A DNA stretch of 64,000 nt from Eubacteriales bacterium (lineage in GTDB: Bacteria; Bacillota; Clostridia; Oscillospirales; CAG-272), in assembly GCA_045120465.1 (NCBI GenBank), contig JBGVEW010000052.1, positions 22,635 to 86,634 of the forward strand, read 5' to 3'. A model generated the notes under the pieces. The model had not been told where the DNA came from. It saw only the letters and a program-made list of their open reading frames with translations, and did no database searches. The position numbers were made by a program, and so were the translations under genes. Positions 38,672-47,424 of this stretch are shown one piece after another; the stretch's first letter is position 1; every line of letters begins with the position of its first letter.

Positions 38672-40906
38672 TTATTTGCGAATGCAGAGCGTATGCTTAT
38701 TGAGATAAACGAAGGATGCGGTTCCGGCAATTAACATACAGGATAGGTGATATGCCGCAATGGTGAGCGGATGGAGCCATTCAAAGGGGGCTCCAAAGCT
38801 GATGATAGAGAGAACGGTTGCCGCCACCGCACCAAACGCGCTTGCCGCGTATTGCAGGTACAGTCCAAAGGTGCGTGCGGTACGGATGGCTTTTGCCGCG
38901 TGCAGGGGATATACGATATCCTCGGGGCGGTCCAATGCCACGGCACCCGTGTCGCAGGAACGCAAAACCGTTTCCGGCTCGTACTTTCCGAGCTTGATCA
39001 CGCGGACGTGTGCGGCGTTTTCTTCACGGCTGATTTGGAGGAACCGTTCGTTGAGATTGGGATCGTAGGATTGGATCGCAACTGCGGTATCGATATCCGA
39101 CAGATCGTTTGCCAAAATCTCAAACGAGGGGTTGACGCTGTATTCGATCTCATAGCTGACTTTCAGAATGCCGTCAATAGCAACGTACAAAATCGAGGTG
39201 TTGGGTGTGCGGCGAAGTGCGCGGTCGGAGCTTTCCTTAGGGACTCGGATGCCGCACTTTTTCAAAAACTCGGCGTTTCCCGCAATCATGTGGTACTGAT
39301 TGTCAACCACTGCCTCAACACCGTAATCCGCGATGCGGACAAAGGCAACTGAGGGGTCTGCACTCTTGGTGGCGTAAGATTCGCCAAGACCTGCGAGCGT
39401 GCCCCCGATCTTGCGGAACAGAATCCCTGCTAAACGCAGATCCCGGCGGAAATCATCACTCTCCCGCATTGCGATCTCGGTGCATTTTTCAACGTTGTAA
39501 AGGTCGGTGTCCGAAAAGATCACCGTTTTGGATTCTCCAAATTCCTGTACCGCTTCCTCACCGACCAGCGCACAGTTGTATCGCGCAAGCAATTTGTTGG
39601 CGCGGCAGAGCGGGAAAAAGAAGGACAGGGTCTCGGTAAAGGGGGCTGCGATCATCAAAACTGCCATAAAGGCGGAAAATGCCGCAAAGATGCTTTCGGT
39701 AACGACCAGCGTTACGAACGCACAGATAAAGCCAACGGCGGGGGAGAGCCCCAATAAAACGTGGAAGGGCTCGTGCGAATCCTTGGTCGTGTTAAATCGG
39801 CGGAAAAATCCCGTTACCGTTTCTGCCTGTTGCACGCGATAAAAGCTTTCGTCAATATCGTCGTTGATGATCTTGACCAGCTTTTTGCCTTGGCGAAGCT
39901 TCTTTTTACGAGGGGTGGTGGGTTCCAACACGGTTTTGATGCCCTCCGTGCTCAAAAGACGGAAGATCCGCATTTCGGAAACCAGACGCATGGTATCGCA
40001 AAAAGCGAGAAGGAGCAGGATGCCGCACGCGATAAAGTTGACGCGGAGCATTTCCTCCGTGGTAAAAAGCGATACCACGTCATACAGTACGGTTAGAGGC
40101 AGAATTGCCGCGATCGCGGAATAGGGGGAGGGCTTGAGCTTGAAATAACTGCGAAGCCCGGCGTTAAACTGCCGCCAAGACAGCACCGATACGCCGACCA
40201 GAATACAAAGCGAGAGGATTGGCAAAACCAAAGGATTCTCTCTTGCAAACAGTACGTACGAACCGCCTATGAGCGTGGGATGATCCAAAAACAAAAGGAG
40301 GATGGTGGCAAGTGCCGTAAGCAACGTGCGCAAGAGCAGAAAATTGCGATCGTGCAGATAAGTGGCAATAATCGCTGCTCGGCTGTGCTCGTTCACGTCC
40401 TCAATGCCGCAATAGCCGAATGCCGTGCGGTAATTTTTGTGCTGGTTCTTATTCATGCGCATAAAGTGATCGCGCTTGAGCTTTTTCAAGTTTTCGTATC
40501 CGACCACGCGGCCAAGCTCACTTTCGTAGCCCAGCTCCAGCATCATGGCGATATCGTCCTCTGAAAATCCGCTCTTTTGCCGGATCAATTCCAGCGCCGA
40601 CATTTTTTGCGCCGCTTGCCGTTCGCGTCGTTCTTTGATCTTGTGAAAGAGATTTTGCGGCTTGGTGTCGGTGGGGATTTCTTCGGGGGTGTCAAAAGGG
40701 ATCTCTTCTGGAGATTCTTCAACAATCTCGTCAAGTGCCTCATCCAGCCCTTCGTCGGTGGGCAGATGCGTGTCTCCCGTTTGATGTACGCGACGGATCT
40801 TTTTTTTCGTCAAGGGTTTCTTTTGGGGGAAAACCGCAGGAGCGTCCGTTGAGGATGCTTGGGATGTCGCATTGATTTGCGGATCCGTTGGTTGGTTTTG
40901 TTTCAT
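38672..40906 (-). CDS. Degenerate P1B-type ATPase-like membrane protein (all catalytic motifs replaced) with a ~190-aa charged N-terminal extension
   Basis: The TM layout and inter-motif segments follow heavy-metal ATPases. Examples are W-QFNAGLRSYFKLKP...YDVVSLF, IDESFY..ETVTG, NCALVGEEAVQEFGESKTVIF, MIAGNAEFLKKCGI and ILYVAIDGILKVSYEIEY. However, CPC becomes APF, DKTGT becomes SDTDL (39500-39514), TGD becomes SYD, and GDGxND becomes GKYEPE. Confidence 0.6.
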   Translation of the reverse strand: MKQNQPTDPQINATSQASSTDAPAVFPQKKPLTKKKIRRVHQTGDTHLPTDEGLDEALDEIVEESPEEIPFDTPEEIPTDTKPQNLFHKIKERRERQAAQKMSALELIRQKSGFSEDDIAMMLELGYESELGRVVGYENLKKLKRDHFMRMNKNQHKNYRTAFGYCGIEDVNEHSRAAIIATYLHDRNFLLLRTLLTALATILLLFLDHPTLIGGSYVLFARENPLVLPILSLCILVGVSVLSWRQFNAGLRSYFKLKPSPYSAIAAILPLTVLYDVVSLFTTEEMLRVNFIACGILLLLAFCDTMRLVSEMRIFRLLSTEGIKTVLEPTTPRKKKLRQGKKLVKIINDDIDESFYRVQQAETVTGFFRRFNTTKDSHEPFHVLLGLSPAVGFICAFVTLVVTESIFAAFSAFMAVLMIAAPFTETLSFFFPLCRANKLLARYNCALVGEEAVQEFGESKTVIFSDTDLYNVEKCTEIAMRESDDFRRDLRLAGILFRKIGGTLAGLGESYATKSADPSVAFVRIADYGVEAVVDNQYHMIAGNAEFLKKCGIRVPKESSDRALRRTPNTSILYVAIDGILKVSYEIEYSVNPSFEILANDLSDIDTAVAIQSYDPNLNERFLQISREENAAHVRVIKLGKYEPETVLRSCDTGAVALDRPEDIVYPLHAAKAIRTARTFGLYLQYAASAFGAVAATVLSIISFGAPFEWLHPLTIAAYHLSCMLIAGTASFVYLNKHTLCIRK

Positions 40907-40939
40907 AATGCTCCTTTCCGACGGTGCGTTTGAGAGCCG

Positions 40940-41824
40940 TCAGTTTGCAGGATGGTGCTGATGCGCGGTTTGTGCCAGAAGAATGGCGGCCGCAGTGGAT
41001 ACGTTAAAGGAATTGACCTTTCCGTACATTGGAATCGAGACAACGGCATCGGCGGTCTTTTTGACCAATTGAGAGACACCGTTTCCCTCACTTCCGAGAA
41101 TCAGAGCACAAGGCCCCTTAAAATCGGTTTCATAAACGTTTTGTCCGCCTGCCTCGGCAGCATAGGTCCAAACACCCTTTTCTTTGAGGAGCTCCACGGT
41201 GGACGCGATGTTGGAGACCTTTGCAATAGCAAGATGCTCAATAGCACCTGCCGAAGCCTTGGTGACCAAGGGAGTCAAGCCTGCCGCACGTCGTTTGGGG
41301 ATAATCAGACCGTGTGCACCGCAGCATTCGGCACAACGGATGATCGCGCCAAGGTTATAGGGATCGGTGATCCCGTCACAAATAACGATCAAAGGAGCTT
41401 CTCCTCGCTCCTCGGCAATGGCGAGGATGTCCTCAACCGTGCAGTATTCCTTTTCCGCGGCATAGGCAATCACGCCTTGGTGGGGGGCATAGCCTGCGAT
41501 GGTGTCAAGATGGGATTTGTCGGTTTCGATGACGGGGATTCCGCGTTCGATCGCTTGCGCAACGAGAACGACGATAGAGCCCGTGCGCTCACCGCGTTGC
41601 ACGAGAAGCTTGTCCACCGATCTCTCGCTTTTGAGCAGTTCCCGCACAGCGTTTCGACCAATCACCGCACCGTTTTCGTAGTCACCGTGAATGGTTTCGG
41701 ATTCGGTATCGGTGGTTGCCTGAGGAGACTGCACGCGAACGTCGCGGCGAGGGGGCTTTTGATCAAATTTCTCGCGTCTGCCATCAAAATTACGGCGAGG
41801 AGATTTCTTTTTATTATTTTCCAT
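40940..41824 (-). CDS. rlmB: 23S rRNA (guanosine-2'-O)-methyltransferase RlmB (SpoU/TrmH family) with a basic N-terminal tail
   Basis: SpoU substrate-binding region (GRNAVRELLK) and SPOUT motifs (HQGV, LILGSEGNGVS, IPMYGKVNSFNVSTAAAILL). Confidence 0.85.
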   Translation of the reverse strand: MENNKKKSPRRNFDGRREKFDQKPPRRDVRVQSPQATTDTESETIHGDYENGAVIGRNAVRELLKSERSVDKLLVQRGERTGSIVVLVAQAIERGIPVIETDKSHLDTIAGYAPHQGVIAYAAEKEYCTVEDILAIAEERGEAPLIVICDGITDPYNLGAIIRCAECCGAHGLIIPKRRAAGLTPLVTKASAGAIEHLAIAKVSNIASTVELLKEKGVWTYAAEAGGQNVYETDFKGPCALILGSEGNGVSQLVKKTADAVVSIPMYGKVNSFNVSTAAAILLAQTAHQHHPAN

Positions 41825-42112
41825 AGATGTAAGGGGTGTCCTTTCCTGACGTCCGAGTGCGTCGATTTTATTACTGATTATAATTATAACATGAAAAATC
41901 TTTTTTGTATAGACTATTTTCGAAATTTATCCTGCTTTCGGGCAGTTTTCGTTCGACTTTACACGACAGAAAACCAGAAAAAGGGAGAAGAGGAGTGCGG
42001 AACGCGTCGAAAAAGACAAATAGGCAGTTTGCACAACATGATAAAAAACGGGAGTCCGAAGGCAGTAAAAACGATGAAAAACAAAAAAATAGAAAAATGT
42101 TAGAAAAAAGAC

Positions 42113-42141
42113 TTGACAAAACGAAACAGTTGTGGTATCAT
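42113..42141 (+). promoter_or_regulatory. Promoter for tRNA-Ser
   Basis: TTGACA (42113-42118), 17 nt spacer, TGg-TATCAT (42136-42141), 14 nt before the tRNA 5' end. Confidence 0.65.
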
Positions 42142-42155
42142 ATATAAGTCGGCAT

Positions 42156-42247
42156 GGAGAGATGGCTGAGCTGGTCTAAGGCGCACGACTGGAAATCGTG
42201 TTTAGGCTAATACCCTAACGAGGGTTCGAATCCCTCTCTCTCCGCCA
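42156..42247 (+). tRNA. tRNA-Ser (anticodon GGA), long variable arm, genomically encoded CCA
   Basis: GGAGAGA acceptor stem paired with TCTCTCC, D arm GCT-GAGCTGGTCTAA-GGC, anticodon loop CTGGAAA, 19-nt variable arm, T arm GAGGG-TTCGAAT-CCCTC, discriminator G + CCA. Aligns position by position with E. coli tRNA-Ser. Confidence 0.93.
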
Positions 42248-42248
42248 G

Positions 42249-42286
42249 AAAAAGACTCAGGATTGGATACAATCCTGAGTCTTTTT
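42249..42286 (+). terminator. Intrinsic terminator after tRNA-Ser
   Basis: AAAAAGACTCAGGATTG-gatac-AATCCTGAGTCTTTTT. Confidence 0.8.
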
Positions 42287-42290
42287 CAGC

Positions 42291-42457
42291 TAAATCCGCC
42301 TTCTGCGGAATAAATCCACTATCGTGGATGAAATCGCTACGCGATGAAATCTTGCTTCGCAAGGTTAAGGGAGGCGGATTTAATTTCATCTGAAGCCGCA
42401 GGCTGAAGATTTCATCCGAGCTTGCTCGGATTTCATCGTGCAACGCACGATTTCATT
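42291..42457. repeat. Tandem array of seven mini-hairpins arranged as two inverted sub-arrays
   Basis: Hairpins at 42295-42309, 42314-42329, 42333-42345, 42351-42363, 42388-42410, 42414-42431 and 42435-42451. Most stems begin ATC and end GAT. Spacers are GAA in the first four units and TTC in the last three. AAATCCGCC (42292-42300) is complementary to GGCGGATTT (42373-42381). Confidence 0.75.
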
Positions 42458-42528
42458 AAAGATGCAAGGCTACGTCTTGATTTATTTGTGAAAGTGTGTT
42501 ATAATACTCTCAAAGGGAGTGATTATAA

Positions 42529-43095
42529 TTGACAAAAAGTGAATTTGGAAAGCATATTATAGTCTCTTCGCTGCTAACAGTAGTGGCAATAGTAGTGATT
42601 ATCTCATTCTGTGTAATTATGTTTGATAAATATTCCAAGCCAAGCGAGGAGAACACCTCTATTTCAAGCGGTACTGTTGCGGATGTTTATTATGCCAGTG
42701 GAAAAGATGTAGTCATTGTTGAAATGTCTGATGGAGAACAATTTCAACTTGTATATCCGTGGCTCCTCAAAGATCTATACGATGCAATCGGTTATAACCT
42801 TGATCAGCTTGCGGAGCTCTTGGAGGGGCAAAAAGTTGAATATCGTAAAATGGACAACTTACCTTGGGTGGTGGAAATTTATATCAATGACATTGTGATT
42901 GACAATAACAAAATGACCTCCGAGGAGATTGATACAACATATGTTGGTATTGTGATTATAGGTCTTATAATGCTGGCATTTCCTATCTGTGGAGACGTAG
43001 CATACATAAAAGCGAAGCAGAAGATTTACAGAAAAGCTGAAAAGAAACGAGTCAGAAGTGCAAAAAGAAAAGCGAACAAATTGCAAAACAGTTGA
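42529..43095 (+). CDS. Hypothetical membrane protein (2 TM, basic C-terminal tail)
   Basis: TTG start with AGGGAG upstream, in an AT-richer stretch. N-terminal TM, ~110-aa soluble domain, second TM, K/R-rich tail. No family recognised. Confidence 0.55.
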   Translation: MTKSEFGKHIIVSSLLTVVAIVVIISFCVIMFDKYSKPSEENTSISSGTVADVYYASGKDVVIVEMSDGEQFQLVYPWLLKDLYDAIGYNLDQLAELLEGQKVEYRKMDNLPWVVEIYINDIVIDNNKMTSEEIDTTYVGIVIIGLIMLAFPICGDVAYIKAKQKIYRKAEKKRVRSAKRKANKLQNS

Positions 43096-43144
43096 CCTTT
43101 TGTTCGCTTTTACCTCGATTTTTGACCTTTTTATCAGTATTAGG

Positions 43145-43189
43145 CATAAGAAAAGGGACATTCCACCAAGGAATGTCCCTTTTCTTATG
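43145..43189. terminator. 20-bp perfect hairpin (terminator-like) abutting an inverted tRNA-Ser 3'-end fragment
   Basis: CATAAGAAAAGGGACATTCC-accaa-GGAATGTCCCTTTTCTTATG. TGGCGGAGAGA at 43188-43198 is the reverse complement of tRNA-Ser positions 42237-42247. Confidence 0.6.
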
Positions 43190-43591
43190 GCGGAGAGAAC
43201 CAAACACGAACACTGCCTTGCAAAGCAAGGCTGGGGTTTGCATTCGCCGCCCGAAGGTCGGGGAGCTTGCTCAGCAGACGAAGGGTGAGCGATTCTTCAA
43301 ATCCGTTGGCGGATTTGAATACCCATCTCGCATCATTTTGCGAAAGCGATACAAATTGGTTGAAACATCTTGAATTTTCTATATAATCGTGATATAATAC
43401 GCATGATGAACAAAACTTAATAGCCTTGGCATTTTCGAGACAAGAGGGCACTATGCTTTTTCTTTGTATTCTATTCACCGTTAGAATTTGATACAAATAC
43501 GAATTATTATCGGATGAATTGTGGATATGTTTGGGTGTTATTAAGTTGCTGCAGAAACAATCGGGATTTGTATTTTTTGGAGGAAAGAACT

Positions 43592-45541
43592 ATGAAAAAA
43601 CTCGTAACATCATTTTTATCGGTATGCATGTTAGTTTTCCTTGTAACAATTCTTGCGGCTTGCAATGCGGGGAACGGTTCCACAACCGAGTTGACGGAAG
43701 GCTCAAAGAATCCCCCAACACAAGAGCCGCCAATAGAGGGGCTGAAACCCGGAGAGTTTGAATTTGAGTTGAATTCTGACGGTAACTCTTATACGATAAC
43801 AGATTTTGGAAAAACCAAGGGCGAAATCATCATCCCTGAGAAGCATCAAAACCTGCCCGTAACGGCGATTGGAAATAACGTTTTTTCGGGTAGCACCGCA
43901 ATCACAAAGATTGTAATTCCCGATAGCGTGAAAACAATCGGGCATAATGCTTTTAAAGATTGTACCGCTCTTTTGGAGATCATGCTTGGCGGCGGTGTCG
44001 AAAGCATTGGAGCAAGTGCTTTTGCAAACTGCTTTTCTCTTACGGAAATTACTTTGCCACAGGGTCTGACAAGTATTGGGGAGGGAGCTTTTGAAAATTG
44101 CTATTGTCTGATTCAAATCAAAAATCTCTCTTCTATCAAGCTGACTTGCGGTTACAATAATAACGGTCACGTTGCGTATTACGCGGAAAACATCTACACA
44201 AACGATATCGGTGAAAGCAAGCTCCAAAAAAGAGACAACTGTATTTTTTACGTTGACGAATCGACCGATACCTACTATTTGATCAAATACATTGGAAGCG
44301 AAACGAACGTTGTTACACCGGAGGGTGTGGAGAACAAGCCGTACACCGTTCGCAATTTTGCCTTTGCTGCTACAAAAGTGACGTCGGTTGAAATCGCCGG
44401 TGGTGCGACAAAAATTGACTCCAATGCTTTCGTCGGATGCTCACGGATGGAGAGTGTTCTGATCGGGGATAGCGTTACCCATCTTTCTAAAAACGCGTTT
44501 ACATCCTGCGGTAAGCTGAAAAACGTGACGATTGGCAAAAATGTCAGTGTGCTGGAGAGCCCGACGTTTTACGATTGCGATTCGATCGAAAACATTTACT
44601 TCCATGCAAAAAATGCAGTAAACACCTACGAGGTTGATGATGGAAATTACATTTTCTCCAATCCGCAGGGCTGTGACACCGTAATCAGCATCAAAATCGG
44701 TGCCGAGGTTATTCGTATTCCAGAAAATTGGTTTTTCGGTCATAACGTGGGCAGCATTCAATTCGACAGTCAAAGTGTTTGTGAGAGTATCGGCAACGGC
44801 GCATTCAGCAATCATAAAAAGATTACCACTCTTGAACTTCCCGATAGTGTGACGATGGTGGGTGACTTCGCATTTAACAATTGTGAAGGGCTTGTAAGCG
44901 TGAAAATGAACGGTGTTACCAGTATCCGTACCGGTGCATTCAGCAATTGCAAAGCTCTTAAAACGGTTTCGGCAAAAAATGCGGTTAGAATTAGTCGCTT
45001 GGGATTTTCAGGTTGCGGTTCCCTGACGGATATCGATTTGGGTAGTCAATTAACGGAAATAGGTGAGAGTGCGTTCCAAAATTGTGTGGCGTTGAAGCTT
45101 ACCTTGCCGGCTACCGTAACGAACATCGGCGGTAGCGCGTTTGAAAATTGTACGTCTCTTGCAAATTTAGTGTTCCCGGAGGGGCTCACTACCATTGGCG
45201 ACTATGCTTTTACAGGGTGTACTTCTATTACAAATGTTGAACTTCCCAATACGGTAACTTATTTGGGACAATCCGCTTTTGCAGGATGCACGTCGTTAAA
45301 ATCCGTGAGACTGGGGAACCAAGTTGCCGCGATCCATAGTAGGACATTTGCCAATTGTACCTCGCTTGAAAGCATCTACTTTGGAACAAGTGTAACTCGG
45401 ATTGGCAAAGATATATTCTACGGTTGCGACACATTAGATATTTATTATGATGGACTTTCCTCTCAATGGGGACAAATTGAGGGATTCAGAAGCGTATTCC
45501 ATAGAATTCACTGTGCGGATACGACCATCGACAGAAGTTAA
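43592..45541 (+). CDS. BspA-type leucine-rich-repeat surface lipoprotein
   Basis: Signal peptide with lipobox LAAC (MKKLVTSFLSVCMLVFLVTILAAC). Many ~23-aa LRR_5-type repeats (IPDSVKTIGHNAFKDCTALLEI, LPQGLTSIGEGAFENC...). GGAGGAAAG RBS before ATG 43592. Confidence 0.85.
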   Translation: MKKLVTSFLSVCMLVFLVTILAACNAGNGSTTELTEGSKNPPTQEPPIEGLKPGEFEFELNSDGNSYTITDFGKTKGEIIIPEKHQNLPVTAIGNNVFSGSTAITKIVIPDSVKTIGHNAFKDCTALLEIMLGGGVESIGASAFANCFSLTEITLPQGLTSIGEGAFENCYCLIQIKNLSSIKLTCGYNNNGHVAYYAENIYTNDIGESKLQKRDNCIFYVDESTDTYYLIKYIGSETNVVTPEGVENKPYTVRNFAFAATKVTSVEIAGGATKIDSNAFVGCSRMESVLIGDSVTHLSKNAFTSCGKLKNVTIGKNVSVLESPTFYDCDSIENIYFHAKNAVNTYEVDDGNYIFSNPQGCDTVISIKIGAEVIRIPENWFFGHNVGSIQFDSQSVCESIGNGAFSNHKKITTLELPDSVTMVGDFAFNNCEGLVSVKMNGVTSIRTGAFSNCKALKTVSAKNAVRISRLGFSGCGSLTDIDLGSQLTEIGESAFQNCVALKLTLPATVTNIGGSAFENCTSLANLVFPEGLTTIGDYAFTGCTSITNVELPNTVTYLGQSAFAGCTSLKSVRLGNQVAAIHSRTFANCTSLESIYFGTSVTRIGKDIFYGCDTLDIYYDGLSSQWGQIEGFRSVFHRIHCADTTIDRS

Positions 45542-45763
45542 ATTTTTGAATATTCACATGGATTTGACGAGCGTATTATCAAGGCACGGCTAAATTCAGA
45601 AAAGTATAACGGTTATTGCTCGTCGATGCGTTTGCGGTGTAATCTTTACGGTTCACCCTCGCCACCCAAAAGCGCCCCACCGCCACCGCGGTGGGGCGCT
45701 TGATTCCGTATTGACGAAAAATTGACTCATTATAGCAAAAAATTATCCTCTCTCTCCCATCTC

Positions 45764-45792
45764 TTGACCTTCTTTCAAAACTGTGCTACAAT
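45764..45792 (+). promoter_or_regulatory. Promoter for the beta-helix protein gene
   Basis: TTGACC (45764-45769), 17 nt spacer, TGc-TACAAT (45787-45792). Confidence 0.6.
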
Positions 45793-45827
45793 AAAACGAC
45801 TGAATTTTGACGGTGCGGAGGTGCGTT

Positions 45828-47330
45828 ATGCTTGCAACGGATGCGTTTTTGAAGCATTTGGACGAAATGAGCGAGGCTCGGAAGCGAGAAATTTTATCCG
45901 CCCCCGATGGTGTGGCGGTAACGGGAAATCGTTATTACGTTTCTGCCGACGGAAAGGATGAAAACGATGGAACGAGTCCTGCGCGCGCGTGGAAAAGCCT
46001 TGCGCGTGTGTCTGCGGCAGAGCTTGCGGAGGGGGATGCCGTGTATTTTCGTCGCGGCGACCTCTTTCGCGGCTCCTTAAAAACCTGCCCCGGGGTCACC
46101 TACGCGGCCTTTGGAACGGGCGAAAAGCCTCGTTTTTATTCTTGGAATTACGATCTTGCAAATCCCGATCTCTGGGAGTTGTTCGATGAGGCACATCACG
46201 TCTGGAAGCTGACCGAAAAGATCCTTGATTGCGGCACGCTGGTGTTTGACGGGGGAGCGGCGCACAGCCGCAAGCTGATCCCGTCCTATATCGGCGGTCG
46301 GTTCGTTTGCCGCGAGGATGAGAGCAGCCCCTTTGATATGTCGCGCGAGATGACGATGGATCTCGATCTGGTCTGCTTTTATGAGGAGCGAATGACCACG
46401 CGTCCCTCAAAAGGGGAGGACTTTCCAATTCCCGTGATTGATTCGGAGAGCTACGGCTCTTTGTATTTGCGGTGCGACAGAGGTAACCCCGGGGCGGTCT
46501 TTGGGAGCATTGAGGCACTTGCAAAGCGCAATATGATCTGCGTAGGCGGAAATGCAAACGTTCGAATCGATAACCTTTGCATCAAATACGTCGGCGCGCA
46601 CGCCATTGGTGCGGGGGGAGAGTGTGTGGTCGGTTTACACGTTACCAACTGTGAGATCGGTTGGATCGGTGGAACGATCCAGCATTATCTCGGTACCGAT
46701 CCCAACTATCCGGAGGGCGGACGCGGTACGGTAACGAGATACGGAAATGCAGTTGAGATCTACGGCGGGTGCAAGGACTACACGGTAGAAAATTGCTATA
46801 TCTATCAGGTTTATGATGCGGGGATTACCCATCAGGTCACCACGGGAGGCTCTTTCCGTGAAATGAGAGGAATCCGTTACCGAAACAACCTGATTGAGCG
46901 TTGCGTGTATTCCATTGAGTATTTTTTGGAAAAGACGATGGGAGATACCGAGAGCTATATTGCGGATTGTGAGATCTCGCACAACGTCCTGCGCTTTTCG
47001 GGGTACGGATGGGGACAACAGCGCCACAACACGCATACGCCCGCGCACATCAAGGGGTGGAGCTTTGAAAATACCGCAAGGGAGTTTTCCATCCACGATA
47101 ACGTATTTGATCGCGCCGCCTATCGGATGCTGCATCTGGTGGCACGCGAGGTGGAATCCTTGCCCGATATGTACAATAACCTCTACGTGCAGCAAAAGGG
47201 GTTGATGCTGGGACAATATGGTGCCAACCGTGAGGCAGAGCCGCCGATCCTTTCGTTTGACGAGCACACCGAGCAAACGGTGGAGACTGTTTTGGATGAC
47301 CAAAACGCCAAGATCTATATCATAGAATAA
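45828..47330 (+). CDS. Right-handed parallel beta-helix repeat protein (pectate-lyase-fold; glycan-active enzyme candidate), no signal peptide
   Basis: YYVSADGKDENDGTSPARAWKSL N-terminal signature and repeated beta-helix coils (NCEIGWIGG, GNAVEIYGGCKDYTVENCYIYQVYDAGITHQ). ATG 45828 has GGAGG 6 nt upstream. Confidence 0.7.
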   Translation: MLATDAFLKHLDEMSEARKREILSAPDGVAVTGNRYYVSADGKDENDGTSPARAWKSLARVSAAELAEGDAVYFRRGDLFRGSLKTCPGVTYAAFGTGEKPRFYSWNYDLANPDLWELFDEAHHVWKLTEKILDCGTLVFDGGAAHSRKLIPSYIGGRFVCREDESSPFDMSREMTMDLDLVCFYEERMTTRPSKGEDFPIPVIDSESYGSLYLRCDRGNPGAVFGSIEALAKRNMICVGGNANVRIDNLCIKYVGAHAIGAGGECVVGLHVTNCEIGWIGGTIQHYLGTDPNYPEGGRGTVTRYGNAVEIYGGCKDYTVENCYIYQVYDAGITHQVTTGGSFREMRGIRYRNNLIERCVYSIEYFLEKTMGDTESYIADCEISHNVLRFSGYGWGQQRHNTHTPAHIKGWSFENTAREFSIHDNVFDRAAYRMLHLVAREVESLPDMYNNLYVQQKGLMLGQYGANREAEPPILSFDEHTEQTVETVLDDQNAKIYIIE

Positions 47331-47337
47331 ACAACAA

Positions 47338-47372
47338 GGGGGACTCAAACGCTGTGGGCGTTTGAGTCCCCC
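47338..47372. terminator. Hairpin between convergent beta-helix and GRE genes
   Basis: GGGGGACTCAAACGC-tgtgg-GCGTTTGAGTCCCCC. T-rich only in the minus-strand reading direction. Confidence 0.65.
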
Positions 47373-47424
47373 AAAAAAACGGGGCTCGGCAGATTTAGGC
47401 GAGAAGCGTCGAATGTGACAGCCG

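Noticed and set aside
41905-42147. 80-aa highly basic plus-strand ORF between rlmB and tRNA-Ser
   Set aside because: It has no convincing RBS, runs across the tRNA promoter (-35/-10 at 42113-42141) and is low-complexity K/R/E-rich. Probably non-coding leader or promoter DNA, although a small protein cannot be fully excluded.
42207-42443. 78-aa minus-strand ORF
   Set aside because: It overlaps the 3' part of tRNA-Ser, its terminator and the hairpin array. The periodic peptide (DEI...DFI...) simply mirrors the DNA repeat.
42291-42457. Possible CRISPR array
   Set aside because: Units are only 13-23 nt and there is no constant repeat of CRISPR length alternating with unique spacers. The conserved parts are 3-9 nt, and no cas genes are present in the window.
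43092-43496. ORFs of 93 aa (+) and 103 aa (-) in the gap before the LRR gene, considered as a transposase or integrase remnant
   Set aside because: I could recognise no RBS and no DDE, tyrosine- or serine-recombinase motif. They overlap each other and the hairpin/tRNA-fragment region. Left as non-coding; an Rfam scan of this 300-bp region would be sensible.
42290-45700. Classical tRNA-integrated genomic island or prophage
   Set aside because: There is no integrase, no phage or conjugation genes, and the tRNA 3'-end copy is inverted rather than a direct att repeat. Only compositional atypicality and accessory-type cargo support foreign origin.
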